A DNA stretch of 64,000 bases from a virus (lineage: Duplodnaviria > Caudoviricetes): positions 64,001 to 128,000 of IMG/VR virus record IMGVR_UViG_3300009540_000001. One strand, given 5' to 3'. Position numbers and translations under genes: made by a program. Numbering within the stretch: position 1 is the first letter of the stretch; every line of letters begins with the position of its first letter. Shown one piece after another: positions 55,662 to 63,917 of the stretch. The notes under the pieces were generated by a model. The model saw only the letters and a list, made by a program, of their open reading frames with translations. It made no database searches and was not told the DNA's origin.

Positions 55662-56482
55662 AGCTTTTCTTTCCGTCCTACGGCGTTCAAGCGCCCGCCT
55701 GCGCCCGTGGCGAGTGGGCCCTTCGTGACCGCGCGCAGCGCTTCACGAAGCTGAATGAGGTCCTCCTCGAGGAAGACGTCCATGGACTGAAGCGCGGCGA
55801 GGAGTTCCTCGAGGTCCACGGTCTCGTTGAGATTTACCCCAAAGAAGAGATCGCTGTCCAAGCTCTCGACGAGGCTTTGACCCTCGGAGAGCGCGACGAT
55901 GACGCGGCGAATCCCGGTGACGCTCTCGGCGAGGGAGACCGTCTCGTCGTTCGCGACGGTGGTCTCTGCGTAGCTCGCGAGCGCCTCGAGCAGCGGCAAC
56001 AAGACCGAGAGGCCGACGATCGAGACCCGCGCGGAGTCCAAGGACTCCGAGAGCGCGGACGACTCGGAGAGGAACACGCTCGGGGCCCGGCGATACGCCT
56101 CCACGGCCTCGAGCAGCGGCAGCAGCTCGTTCAGCGCCGCCGCCATCTCGGCGTACGTGCCGAGGCTGTCGAAGACCAGGATGAGGCCCTCTGCGACGGC
56201 GGCGAAGGCGCGCGCCTGGGCGCTCAAGCTCTCCGCGTACCCCACGCTCTCGTTGAGCGCGGAGGTGAAGCGCAGGAAGCGCGCGACGCTCTCGGTGATC
56301 GAGAGCGACTCCGCGACGAAGGGGCGCGCGCGGTACAACGACACCAAGACGGCGGCCAGCGCCACCGTCTCGGATACGTTCGGTCTCGCATGGTACTGCG
56401 CTGCCGACGCTTCAGAGAGCGCGGTACCGTCCATCACCGCGACGTTGAATCGTCGCGGCTGTACCGCGAGCAGGAGGCTCAC
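55658..56482 (-). CDS. Repetitive fibrous structural protein (xE(S/T)xxLxEsl repeats)
   Basis: About 10 repeats such as LNESVGYAESL, LSESSALSESL, NDETVSLAESV. Confidence 0.7.
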   Translation of the reverse strand: MSLLLAVQPRRFNVAVMDGTALSEASAAQYHARPNVSETVALAAVLVSLYRARPFVAESLSITESVARFLRFTSALNESVGYAESLSAQARAFAAVAEGLILVFDSLGTYAEMAAALNELLPLLEAVEAYRRAPSVFLSESSALSESLDSARVSIVGLSVLLPLLEALASYAETTVANDETVSLAESVTGIRRVIVALSEGQSLVESLDSDLFFGVNLNETVDLEELLAALQSMDVFLEEDLIQLREALRAVTKGPLATGAGGRLNAVGRKEKL

Positions 56483-57915
56483 TCGTAGATGCCCTCGATC
56501 GTGATCAGGTGGCGCACGACGCCCGCGCTCGGGGCCGTTCCGACCTTGCGCTTCACCACCTGAATGAACTCACCCGGGCACACGGCGATGGGGACGTCGA
56601 AGCGCTCGATGATGTCCGACAACACCGTGCCGGCCGCCGCGTTCGCGGCCACCGCCTGGAAGCCCAGGGGCACACGGCGCGACGCCTTCGTCGTGGCGGA
56701 CTCCGCCGTCAAGAGGCTGACCGCCGTGTGGCCGAACGCGCAGCAGAGCTGCGCGACGTAGCCGCCGCCCGTGAGCGTCGTGCTGATCATCGACTTGACG
56801 CGGATCGACCGGACGAGGAGCGTACGCCCTGCGGCAGTACCGCTCCCGGCCGGTACCTGGAAGCTCATCAAGATGCCGTCGGTCTCGGCGACCAGCGTGT
56901 CCGTCTCCGCGAACTGTCCGCCCAGGGAGCTCGCGATGAGCGCGCTGGTCGTGTTCGTCGGGACCGCCGCGACCGGGGCCGTGTTGTTCACGTAGGAGAG
57001 CGCGGTGCCGACCGTCGCCGAGCCGGACTGGAGCAAGAGCGCCGTCCGGCCCATGGCCGCCATCGCGTTTTCGTGCGAGCGCGCGGTCGCGTACTCGCCG
57101 AGGTCGATGCTGGCGCGGGAGATCACGAGCTGCTGCGCCTGCGGCATGTTCGAGCCCGTGACGTACTGGCGGAACGTGATCGGAAGAGCGCCAGACGGGA
57201 CCAGCGTCGGAATCGACACGGGGCAGTCGAAGGCCGCCACCAGGATGTTGTTGATCCAGAACGTGACGCGGTCCTGGTGGATCCCTACGAGAAAGTCGCG
57301 CGCTTCGTTCGTCGGCCAGAGCCCCGGGTCGATGACCGCCGAGCACACGTCGTTGCTGCCGATCGCGACGATGGCCTGGAACGTGCCCGAGGAGGTCACG
57401 CGGAAGAACGCGCCGTCCGTGACGTCCGCCGTCCCAGTCGCGTACATCAACCCGAAGTCCATCACGCAGTTGGACACGAAGTCGGTGCGATGGATCGCCG
57501 CGAAAGAAAACCAGGTCGTGTACGAGCCCCAGATCGGAAAGGCGCGTTGGGACGTGACGCGCGACACACCTGCGGCGGCGACCGAGCCCGCGCTGTTGAG
57601 CGTGAGGAGGTTACCCGCGACGGCCACGGCCTGCGTCGTCACAGGCGCCGTCCACACGGATGAGTTCAACACCGTGCCGAGGAAGGGCTCCTCAAACATG
57701 ATGCTGTCCGTACCCACGCGCGAGCGGTAGTCGTTCGAAACTTCGGGCGACAGGAGGAGGGGCGCCCCCGTCACCTCGCCTGCGTCGAGCTCCGAGAGCG
57801 CGCGAACGTACCCCGACTGGTCCTCGACCTTCGGCAGGTTGACCTTGAGGTTCTTGTCGCTATCGACCTCGGCGACGTTGGCGCTGAGTTCCCCTTGGAT
57901 ACGAATGCCGCTCAT
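56479..57915 (-). CDS. Probable tail-associated protein with a lectin-like beta domain
   Basis: GGGAG RBS; DRVTFWINNILVA jelly-roll-type pattern. Confidence 0.7.
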   Translation of the reverse strand: MSGIRIQGELSANVAEVDSDKNLKVNLPKVEDQSGYVRALSELDAGEVTGAPLLLSPEVSNDYRSRVGTDSIMFEEPFLGTVLNSSVWTAPVTTQAVAVAGNLLTLNSAGSVAAAGVSRVTSQRAFPIWGSYTTWFSFAAIHRTDFVSNCVMDFGLMYATGTADVTDGAFFRVTSSGTFQAIVAIGSNDVCSAVIDPGLWPTNEARDFLVGIHQDRVTFWINNILVAAFDCPVSIPTLVPSGALPITFRQYVTGSNMPQAQQLVISRASIDLGEYATARSHENAMAAMGRTALLLQSGSATVGTALSYVNNTAPVAAVPTNTTSALIASSLGGQFAETDTLVAETDGILMSFQVPAGSGTAAGRTLLVRSIRVKSMISTTLTGGGYVAQLCCAFGHTAVSLLTAESATTKASRRVPLGFQAVAANAAAGTVLSDIIERFDVPIAVCPGEFIQVVKRKVGTAPSAGVVRHLITIEGIYE

Positions 57916-57927
57916 GGTTGCTCCCTA

Positions 57928-58206
57928 TCAGGCCCAGACCCAACGCACTTTGAAGGTGCCGTTGAGGCTCAATTCACTAAGCGCGTGGATCGTGAAGCCG
58001 ACGCCGGGGACGATGTCGCCGCAGGCGAGGCGGATCAAGGACACGAGATGCTCCGCAGCCGTGTGATCCGCCGAGTCTTCGTACATCAGGAACGCTTCGG
58101 CGTTAGACCCCGCGACGATGTCGATCTGGCCCGTGATGACCGTCTCGGTCATCATCGAGCCCGTCGAAGAGGCCCCGAAGTCGAGTGTGTCGAACCCGAC
58201 AGGCAT
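57928..58206 (-). CDS. Small structural-type protein
   Basis: In the same operon; ends GTFKVRWVWA. Confidence 0.65.
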   Translation of the reverse strand: MPVGFDTLDFGASSTGSMMTETVITGQIDIVAGSNAEAFLMYEDSADHTAAEHLVSLIRLACGDIVPGVGFTIHALSELSLNGTFKVRWVWA

Positions 58207-58209
58207 CGC

Positions 58210-58746
58210 TCAGCCCAGCGTGATCGTGTACGTGAGCGTCAGCTTGTCGCCGTTGGCCAACGTGCGCTGCGTGAAGCCCAGCACGTGGTTCATGGTGCCG
58301 CTCGAGATGGCGGTGAAGAGCGCCGCCTTCTGCGCGGACTGCCCGCCGGTCGCGGTGAACTCGTTCAGCACCGTGGTGGTGTTCGTGCCGATGGTGTGTG
58401 CCACCGCGCCCTGAACGCGCCCGAGGCCGTTCGTCGTGATCTCGTTCGAGAGCACGGTCGACGCGCTGGTCTCCGTCACCGTGTCGTTCGACAGGGCGAT
58501 GAAGTTCAGGCCGCAAGCCGACGGTACGCTCGTCCCGTATCCCTGGTAGTGCAGGAAGTCCCGCCCGGCCAGGGTGATCAGGTTCCACACGCGCTCGACG
58601 GGCGCCACGTCTTCGTAGACGTAGAGCTCGCCTTTACGGCGTAGACGACGGTGGACGACGTCCAAAGAGGCCCGCCCGATCGGCACGTGGACCGCCAGGG
58701 CCTTGGACTTCAGGAGTAGGTTGACGAGGGACGCCGCGACGCTCAT
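58210..58746 (-). CDS. Tail-fibre-anchor/baseplate-type protein
   Basis: NLITLAGRD, IALSND...LSNEI, NGDKLTLTYTI; start ATG 58746 chosen from the TATGCT box 7 nt upstream. Confidence 0.65.
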   Translation of the reverse strand: MSVAASLVNLLLKSKALAVHVPIGRASLDVVHRRLRRKGELYVYEDVAPVERVWNLITLAGRDFLHYQGYGTSVPSACGLNFIALSNDTVTETSASTVLSNEITTNGLGRVQGAVAHTIGTNTTTVLNEFTATGGQSAQKAALFTAISSGTMNHVLGFTQRTLANGDKLTLTYTITLG

Positions 58747-58796
58747 GGCCACAAGCATAAGCGAGGGCCAAAAGAAAAGAGCGTATCGTTGGAGGG

Positions 58797-58991
58797 GTGA
58801 GCGCCTCGCAACAACTGCGCGCGAAGGGAGGCCCAATCGGCGTCCTGAACGACGCGATGCAGGGCGTGGAGAAGGTTCTTGCGGAGCACGTCGCGGCCGA
58901 CGGGCAACACGAGGCGCGCGTCGCGCTCCGCAAGATCCTGGTGGACGCCGTGATCGCCGCGTACACCCATGGGCAGGCGAAGGGGGCGTAG
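58797..58991 (+). CDS. Small hypothetical protein
   Basis: GGAGG RBS before GTG. Confidence 0.5.
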   Translation: MSASQQLRAKGGPIGVLNDAMQGVEKVLAEHVAADGQHEARVALRKILVDAVIAAYTHGQAKGA

Positions 58992-59246
58992 TCAGTCGAA
59001 GACGTCGCGGGCGTAGTTGTACCCGTCGATGAAAGCCTCGTTCTCCTCCTCGTAAATCTCCGCGTCGAGATCCCAAGGAACGCCCGGGCCGTCGCCCTTC
59101 CAGTGGCCGTAGCCCCAGCCGTCGGTCAGCAGCTGTGTTCCTCCGCCCCCGCTCGGGCCCTGGCCCTCGTACACGGTCTTCGGGTCGGTGGCATACCCCC
59201 AGGCCCCGGCCCCCGTTCCCCCGCCGCGCTCATCCCACGCGGGCAT
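58992..59246 (-). CDS. Small Gly/Asp/aromatic-rich peptide (GDG family)
   Basis: DGWGYGHWKGDG. Confidence 0.6.
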   Translation of the reverse strand: MPAWDERGGGTGAGAWGYATDPKTVYEGQGPSGGGGTQLLTDGWGYGHWKGDGPGVPWDLDAEIYEEENEAFIDGYNYARDVFD

Positions 59247-60027
59247 ACTTCTCGCGCAACTTCTTTTCCACAGCCTCCTTCTGTACCATCAGCTCGCTCT
59301 TCGCCTCCTCTGCCTGCTCCTTCATCGTCTCGTAGAAGTACGTGTCGTCCCCGTCCGAGTCGATGCCCCAGACGCTCGACTCCCCGCGCACCGTCACGCC
59401 CTCGACGAGCTCGAGCGTCGCGACGACCTCAACCCCGTAGTACCACCAGGACTCCCCGTAGCTCTCGATGCGCGCGACGTCGCGGGCGATGTACTCCCGG
59501 GCCTTCAGGTCAGCGGCGGACTTCGAGTAGCCGCGCTCCCAGAGGCCTCCGAAGTAGTCGGAGAAGTTCTGCTGAAGCTTGACGTACTTGTACTCGTTCC
59601 TCCCAGGGTTGACCCGCTTGATGCACGTGTCCTCTCGGTTCCTCTCGCCCTCCCTACGCTCACGCTCTTGCGTCGCCTTGTCCGCCCAAGGCCGTACCCG
59701 GTACTTCCCGACGTGCATGACGTCCGAGTCGTCGGTCATCACGCCCGGGTAATCCCGGTCCGTGTCGTTGTCGGGCGTCACCCGGATGATGTACTGGATC
59801 TTCGGCTGCTCCCCCGTGTCTCCGAGGTCGGGGGCATCGCCGAGCGGCTCCTCCCACGTCTGGCGCTCATTCTTTGGCTCGAGCCTCCGCGCCTCCGCCC
59901 ACTCCACGGCGGGGCTCTTCTTCAGGACGCTGAAAGCGGCGCGCGCGCCGTACGTCTCGCGCGCGGCCTGGACCTTGCGCAGTCGGCGAATGTCGATCGT
60001 CGGCGCCTTGTAGATGTTTCCTTGCAT
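59230..60027 (-). CDS. Hypothetical protein
   Basis: AAGGAG RBS before ATG 60027; WWYYGVEV...SSVWGIDS. Confidence 0.75.
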   Translation of the reverse strand: MQGNIYKAPTIDIRRLRKVQAARETYGARAAFSVLKKSPAVEWAEARRLEPKNERQTWEEPLGDAPDLGDTGEQPKIQYIIRVTPDNDTDRDYPGVMTDDSDVMHVGKYRVRPWADKATQERERREGERNREDTCIKRVNPGRNEYKYVKLQQNFSDYFGGLWERGYSKSAADLKAREYIARDVARIESYGESWWYYGVEVVATLELVEGVTVRGESSVWGIDSDGDDTYFYETMKEQAEEAKSELMVQKEAVEKKLREKYARVG

Positions 60028-60037
60028 TGCGGTCTCC

Positions 60038-60250
60038 TTAGTACATGTCGTTTCGTAGCCACTTCTCTTCGTACGCGTGGCGCACGGGCGTCCAGCGGTC
60101 GTTGGGACTTCCGCCCCACGCCTCGCCGTACCCTCGGCCATTGCCGTTGCCGTCCCACCCCCGGACGAGAGGCGGCACACCGTCGCCCGAGCCGTTGGGA
60201 AATACGGGGCTTTGCCCAAGGAGGTAGGAGCCTTGGTCGTACTCCGGCAT
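60038..60250 (-). CDS. Small GDG-family peptide
   Basis: GSGDG, DGNGNGRGYG; coupled to the upstream stop. Confidence 0.6.
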   Translation of the reverse strand: MPEYDQGSYLLGQSPVFPNGSGDGVPPLVRGWDGNGNGRGYGEAWGGSPNDRWTPVRHAYEEKWLRNDMY

Positions 60251-60498
60251 CAGTACCTCTCCCAGTCGTACCCCGCCCGATACGCGTACGGCGGCGCCGG
60301 CAGCACGCGCGAACGATCCCAGCCTGCGGAGAAGTCCACGACGCACGCGCCGCCGTCGCCGCGACGGAGCTCGTTGTCGTATGCGAATGGGAGGCCAAGG
60401 CCGTCCCCATCCCCTTTCAAATACCACCCTAGCTGTACATCCCCGTTGCCGTCGGAGTCGTACCCCGGCGGCAACTGGGGTTTATTCTCTCGAGACAT
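60250..60498 (-). CDS. Small GDG-family peptide
   Basis: GGAGGT RBS; DGNGD, GDGDG, GDGG. Confidence 0.65.
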   Translation of the reverse strand: MSRENKPQLPPGYDSDGNGDVQLGWYLKGDGDGLGLPFAYDNELRRGDGGACVVDFSAGWDRSRVLPAPPYAYRAGYDWERY

Positions 60499-60548
60499 GT
60501 GCACCTCCGAGGGCTTGTACCCGGAAGTGCGCGGCGTTTACGGAGTAA

Positions 60549-60568
60549 AGAGAGCCCCCCGGCTCTCT
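60549..60568 (-). terminator. Short stem-loop terminator
   Basis: agagagcc-cccc-ggctctct immediately after the stop at 60575. Confidence 0.5.
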
Positions 60569-60574
60569 CGTCTC

Positions 60575-62203
60575 TTACAGCTTGTAGCTCGGCACGTTCA
60601 CCCGCACCGGGCCGCCCTCGATCTCCGTGCTGTGCGCTCCGTAGCGCACGTCGATCTGTGCAACCTGCATGGGCTGCACGTACTTGTACGACTCCGGAAG
60701 CGCGTTGAAGTCATCCTGCACGAAGCGCAAGAGGACGGCCTCGAGCTCCTTCATGCTCTTGCCCTTCGTGCCCTCGAGCCGCACGTTGACCTCCGCGCGA
60801 TAGGCCTTGGTCACGATGAGCAAGAGCTCGTGCGTGTCCTCTTCCTCGAACGGGCGCGGCATCGGGAAGGCCAGGCCCAGGCACGTCAGCGCGCTCTCGA
60901 ACGCCTCCCCATACCAGAGGGCGTCGAGATGCGCGGCGATCTGCTCGGCGACCTTTGCCGGCAGGGCCGGCGCGCGGACGCGCAGGTCGAAGATCACGCC
61001 CTTGAGGTTGCACAGGGTGTGATCGACCCCGGAGTACCACACGCGGCGTGTGGGCTCCGGCGGGACGGGGACGCCGGCGATGCGCGCGACCGCCGTTTGA
61101 AAGGTCTCGCCGCCCGGGGCGAACGAGACGCCGTCGCCGACGATCGCGTCGCCGCCGGCCTTGAGCGCTGCGGTACGGTGTAGCCCCTGCTTGACGCCCC
61201 CCTCGTCGACGAAGTCCCCCTCCGTCGTCGGGGGCTGCCTCGGCGTGTGGTGGTAGCGCGTCATGGTGTCATCCTCTGCGGCTTTCGCCGCAGCCGTGTC
61301 GGCGTCATTGAATAGGGTGTACCCAGGCTCTGCCTCCTCCACGAGCTCGACGCCTGCTCCCGCCTTCAACTGCTCCGCCCGCGTAGCGCGCTTGAACTTC
61401 ACGGTGTACCCGAGCGCCGCAGCGTGCGCGGCCCACGCGCGCTGGTCGTCGAGCGGAGTCGCAGAGAAACGCGGCAGCGCGTCGAAGCGGTGCGCGATGT
61501 TCTCGCCGGTCGTCTGATTGAACACCTTGCCGTTGGGCGCTCCGTTCTTCTCGAGCTCGATCACGGCCACGCGCGGCTCCTTGGTCGGCAGCGTCGTGTA
61601 CTTCGACCGCTCGATCATGGCCTGGTGCTCGCGCTGCTCCTCGTCCGTGAGCGGCGTCACCGGCACGAGGAAGCGCTCGACGGGGGACGTGGCCGGCATG
61701 CCCACCTCTTGGTTCGCGTTGCCGAGCACGAGGCTGACGGCGCCCTGCGACGTCGGGCTGAACGTCGTCACGCCCGGGCGGTGTACGGCGTTCAGCAGCT
61801 GGTGGTTCGCCCGGACCCAGGTGCGCGTCATGTGCCACTGCGCGTGAGCGAGCTGCGTCAGGTCGTAGAGGACGTTCCGGTGCTGGTCGACGATGCGCCC
61901 GGTCCAGGTGTCCGTAGCTTCGTGGGCGATGCGGTCGGAGCCGCATTCGAAGAACAGCTCGCGCGGCGGGGGCGGCGCGACACCCCCGCCCACGGCGATC
62001 GGCTGCTCGAGGTCGTACTTCGTCGCGTTCACGACGCTCACCTGGTACCCGTCGTTCTGGTACTTCGTCCACCAGTACGCGGTTCCTTTCGACGTGTCGC
62101 AGCGGTCGTACTTGGCGCCGAGGGCTTCGTGGCGCCGTACGACGCCCGTCCAGTCGCCGCTATCGGGGCCATAGAGGAAGTGCGCGGAAGGCTTGATGCT
62201 CAT
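60575..62203 (-). CDS. Large multi-segment hypothetical protein
   Basis: Likely ATG 62203; typical codon usage; no recognised motif. Confidence 0.75.
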   Translation of the reverse strand: MSIKPSAHFLYGPDSGDWTGVVRRHEALGAKYDRCDTSKGTAYWWTKYQNDGYQVSVVNATKYDLEQPIAVGGGVAPPPPRELFFECGSDRIAHEATDTWTGRIVDQHRNVLYDLTQLAHAQWHMTRTWVRANHQLLNAVHRPGVTTFSPTSQGAVSLVLGNANQEVGMPATSPVERFLVPVTPLTDEEQREHQAMIERSKYTTLPTKEPRVAVIELEKNGAPNGKVFNQTTGENIAHRFDALPRFSATPLDDQRAWAAHAAALGYTVKFKRATRAEQLKAGAGVELVEEAEPGYTLFNDADTAAAKAAEDDTMTRYHHTPRQPPTTEGDFVDEGGVKQGLHRTAALKAGGDAIVGDGVSFAPGGETFQTAVARIAGVPVPPEPTRRVWYSGVDHTLCNLKGVIFDLRVRAPALPAKVAEQIAAHLDALWYGEAFESALTCLGLAFPMPRPFEEEDTHELLLIVTKAYRAEVNVRLEGTKGKSMKELEAVLLRFVQDDFNALPESYKYVQPMQVAQIDVRYGAHSTEIEGGPVRVNVPSYKL

Positions 62204-62476
62204 GTGTTTGTCTCTTTCTTTACGGCGTACGCTTGTGTGTGCCGTGGTATGAATGGGCTGCGTCCGCACCAGGCTATCTTGCCTCTGGTAAGGACGTCGA
62301 ACCTGTGGATGTTCTCCACCGCACGGGATGTGCAGTCCTCAAGGGCGGGGAGAAGGCACAGGGCGTGATCCTGCGAGATGGCAGGGCGTGGCGGACGTTG
62401 AAGTACCTGGATGCGACGCGGGTGACGGTCGTGAAGCTTGACGGGACGGAGGTCGAAATGACGCCTTACGAGGCGA

Positions 62477-62776
62477 TCAGCACCTCTCCTTGACCCACAC
62501 CCGCTCGAGCTCCACCAGCGGCGCCTGCGTCTTCGCCGCCTCGTACTTTTCTCGGGCGGTCTTCGCCTTCTGCTCGAGCTCTTGAAGGTTCAGGAGCTCC
62601 TTCTTCAGGAACACGTCTCTGGCGTCCTCTGCGCTGTCCGACAGCGTGCACTCATGGAAGATGCGCCCGTGACTGCTCACGACGAGACGCTCGTCGAGCG
62701 TGTCTCCGGTGTTGAGCTCTTGCACGATGAGCTTGCCGTCATGTGTTGTGCGGCCATCTGTGATGTACTTCTTCAT
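62477..62776 (-). CDS. Small hypothetical protein (paralog of 53753..53986)
   Basis: ATGA-coupled; KKYITDG. Confidence 0.7.
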   Translation of the reverse strand: MKKYITDGRTTHDGKLIVQELNTGDTLDERLVVSSHGRIFHECTLSDSAEDARDVFLKKELLNLQELEQKAKTAREKYEAAKTQAPLVELERVWVKERC

Positions 62777-63027
62777 TCGTCTATCTCCCAGTCGCTTGCC
62801 CAGCTCTCGTACTGCGCGCGGAGCTTGCTGATCTCGTAGTCGTCTTCGTCGAGGGCGAAACGTATCCCGCCGCCCCCGGTCGTGTTCCCGCACTGGATCT
62901 GCGTGTGCGTCGCGGAGCTCGTTCCATCCCCCCAGCCACCCCCATCGGCCGTGTCGTACTGCGCCCCGAAACGCCATATGTACTCGTCGTAGGCGTAGAC
63001 GCTGCGAGGGTTTTCTTCGTAGCTCAC
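62773..63027 (-). CDS. Small GDG-family peptide
   Basis: QYDTADGGGWGDG; overlap-coupled. Confidence 0.65.
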   Translation of the reverse strand: MSYEENPRSVYAYDEYIWRFGAQYDTADGGGWGDGTSSATHTQIQCGNTTGGGGIRFALDEDDYEISKLRAQYESWASDWEIDE

Positions 63028-63227
63028 GGATCTACGCCTTCCTCGTAGCGTTTCTGGACGCGGTATCCGAACGTGAAGTCGCTGCTGCTCCCTCCCTGCG
63101 TGTCACCGTTCTGAACCATGCCCCACCCGTCGCCCCAGCCATCGCCTCCCGACGTGTTGTACTGCGGGCCGACGCATCCCAGCTGGTCAGGGTCTACGCG
63201 GTAAAGGTCGCGCGCGTTGTGCCTCAT
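63024..63227 (-). CDS. Small GDG-family peptide
   Basis: QYNTSGGDGWGDGWG; overlap-coupled. Confidence 0.65.
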   Translation of the reverse strand: MRHNARDLYRVDPDQLGCVGPQYNTSGGDGWGDGWGMVQNGDTQGGSSSDFTFGYRVQKRYEEGVDP

Positions 63228-63448
63228 CCTCTCCTCGGCCCTTCTCGGTATTCGGGATACGGGTCACGAACCTGGCGTCGGTACGCTTCGCCGTTGGCGC
63301 CCATTCCGTCCCCCATGCCGTAGATGTGCCACCCGTCTCCGTACCCGTCTCCGGGAGCTTGGTACGGCGTCGCGTGAACGCCCCCTAGAGCCCCCGCGCT
63401 CCCGCCCCCAAGGGGGTACTCCCGGCCGGCGTCGTGCTCGTAGCTCAT
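63224..63448 (-). CDS. Small GDG-family peptide
   Basis: PGDGYGDGW, GMGDGMG; ATG 63448. Confidence 0.65.
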   Translation of the reverse strand: MSYEHDAGREYPLGGGSAGALGGVHATPYQAPGDGYGDGWHIYGMGDGMGANGEAYRRQVRDPYPEYREGPRRG

Positions 63449-63624
63449 GCGTTGTACTCCCTTGGTTCGTCGTACTCGAACGCGCTCGCGTCGAAGTACC
63501 CGTTGCCGCTCGGAAGGGCGCACCACGGCTGAGCCATGCGACCCTCGTAGAAGTCGTAGCCTTCGTAGGGGCAGACCCCGTGGCCATCGCCGTCGCGTTC
63601 GACCGCGTCGGAGACGCGCTTCAC
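63445..63624 (-). CDS. Small GDG-family peptide
   Basis: DGDGHG, SGNGY; GTG 63624. Confidence 0.6.
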   Translation of the reverse strand: MKRVSDAVERDGDGHGVCPYEGYDFYEGRMAQPWCALPSGNGYFDASAFEYDEPREYNA

Positions 63625-63917
63625 GCCGTCAGCTTCTTGCGGATCTGCACGAGCCCTTGCTCCCCCGGCTCCTCCGGGTGCGGATGCGGGTGCGAGTGCC
63701 CAGGGCTCTTGAGCTTCACGACGACGCCCATCGCCTCGATCTCCGCCATGGGCACGCCCAGCAGCTCCTCGGCCTGCTCGCGCAAGCTCAGGCGATGCTC
63801 GTGCGGCATGTCGTCCTCGGGGACCTCGACGTCGATGGTGATGACGGTGCGCTGCGTCGCCGCGTCGTGCAGGTACGTCAGGGTGGTTTTCTTTAGGTCT
63901 TCTCGTCCTTGTTTCAT
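63621..63917 (-). CDS. Small hypothetical protein
   Basis: GAGGAG RBS; TIDVEVPEDDMPHEH. Confidence 0.7.
   Translation of the reverse strand: MKQGREDLKKTTLTYLHDAATQRTVITIDVEVPEDDMPHEHRLSLREQAEELLGVPMAEIEAMGVVVKLKSPGHSHPHPHPEEPGEQGLVQIRKKLTA

Noticed and set aside
58747-59076. N-terminal extension of the 58210 gene given in the ORF track
   Set aside because: It overlaps two other ORFs and is low-complexity; a promoter box points to ATG 58746.
62233-62493. Plus-strand 86-aa ORF
   Set aside because: It is opposite to all its neighbours, with no clear SD and no motif; a shorter product from a GTG near 62365 is possible but unsupported.
613-63205. CRISPR array or REP/IS elements explaining the repeated motif
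   Set aside because: The copies are 13-15 bp, irregularly spaced and intragenic; no spacers, cas genes or transposase are present.
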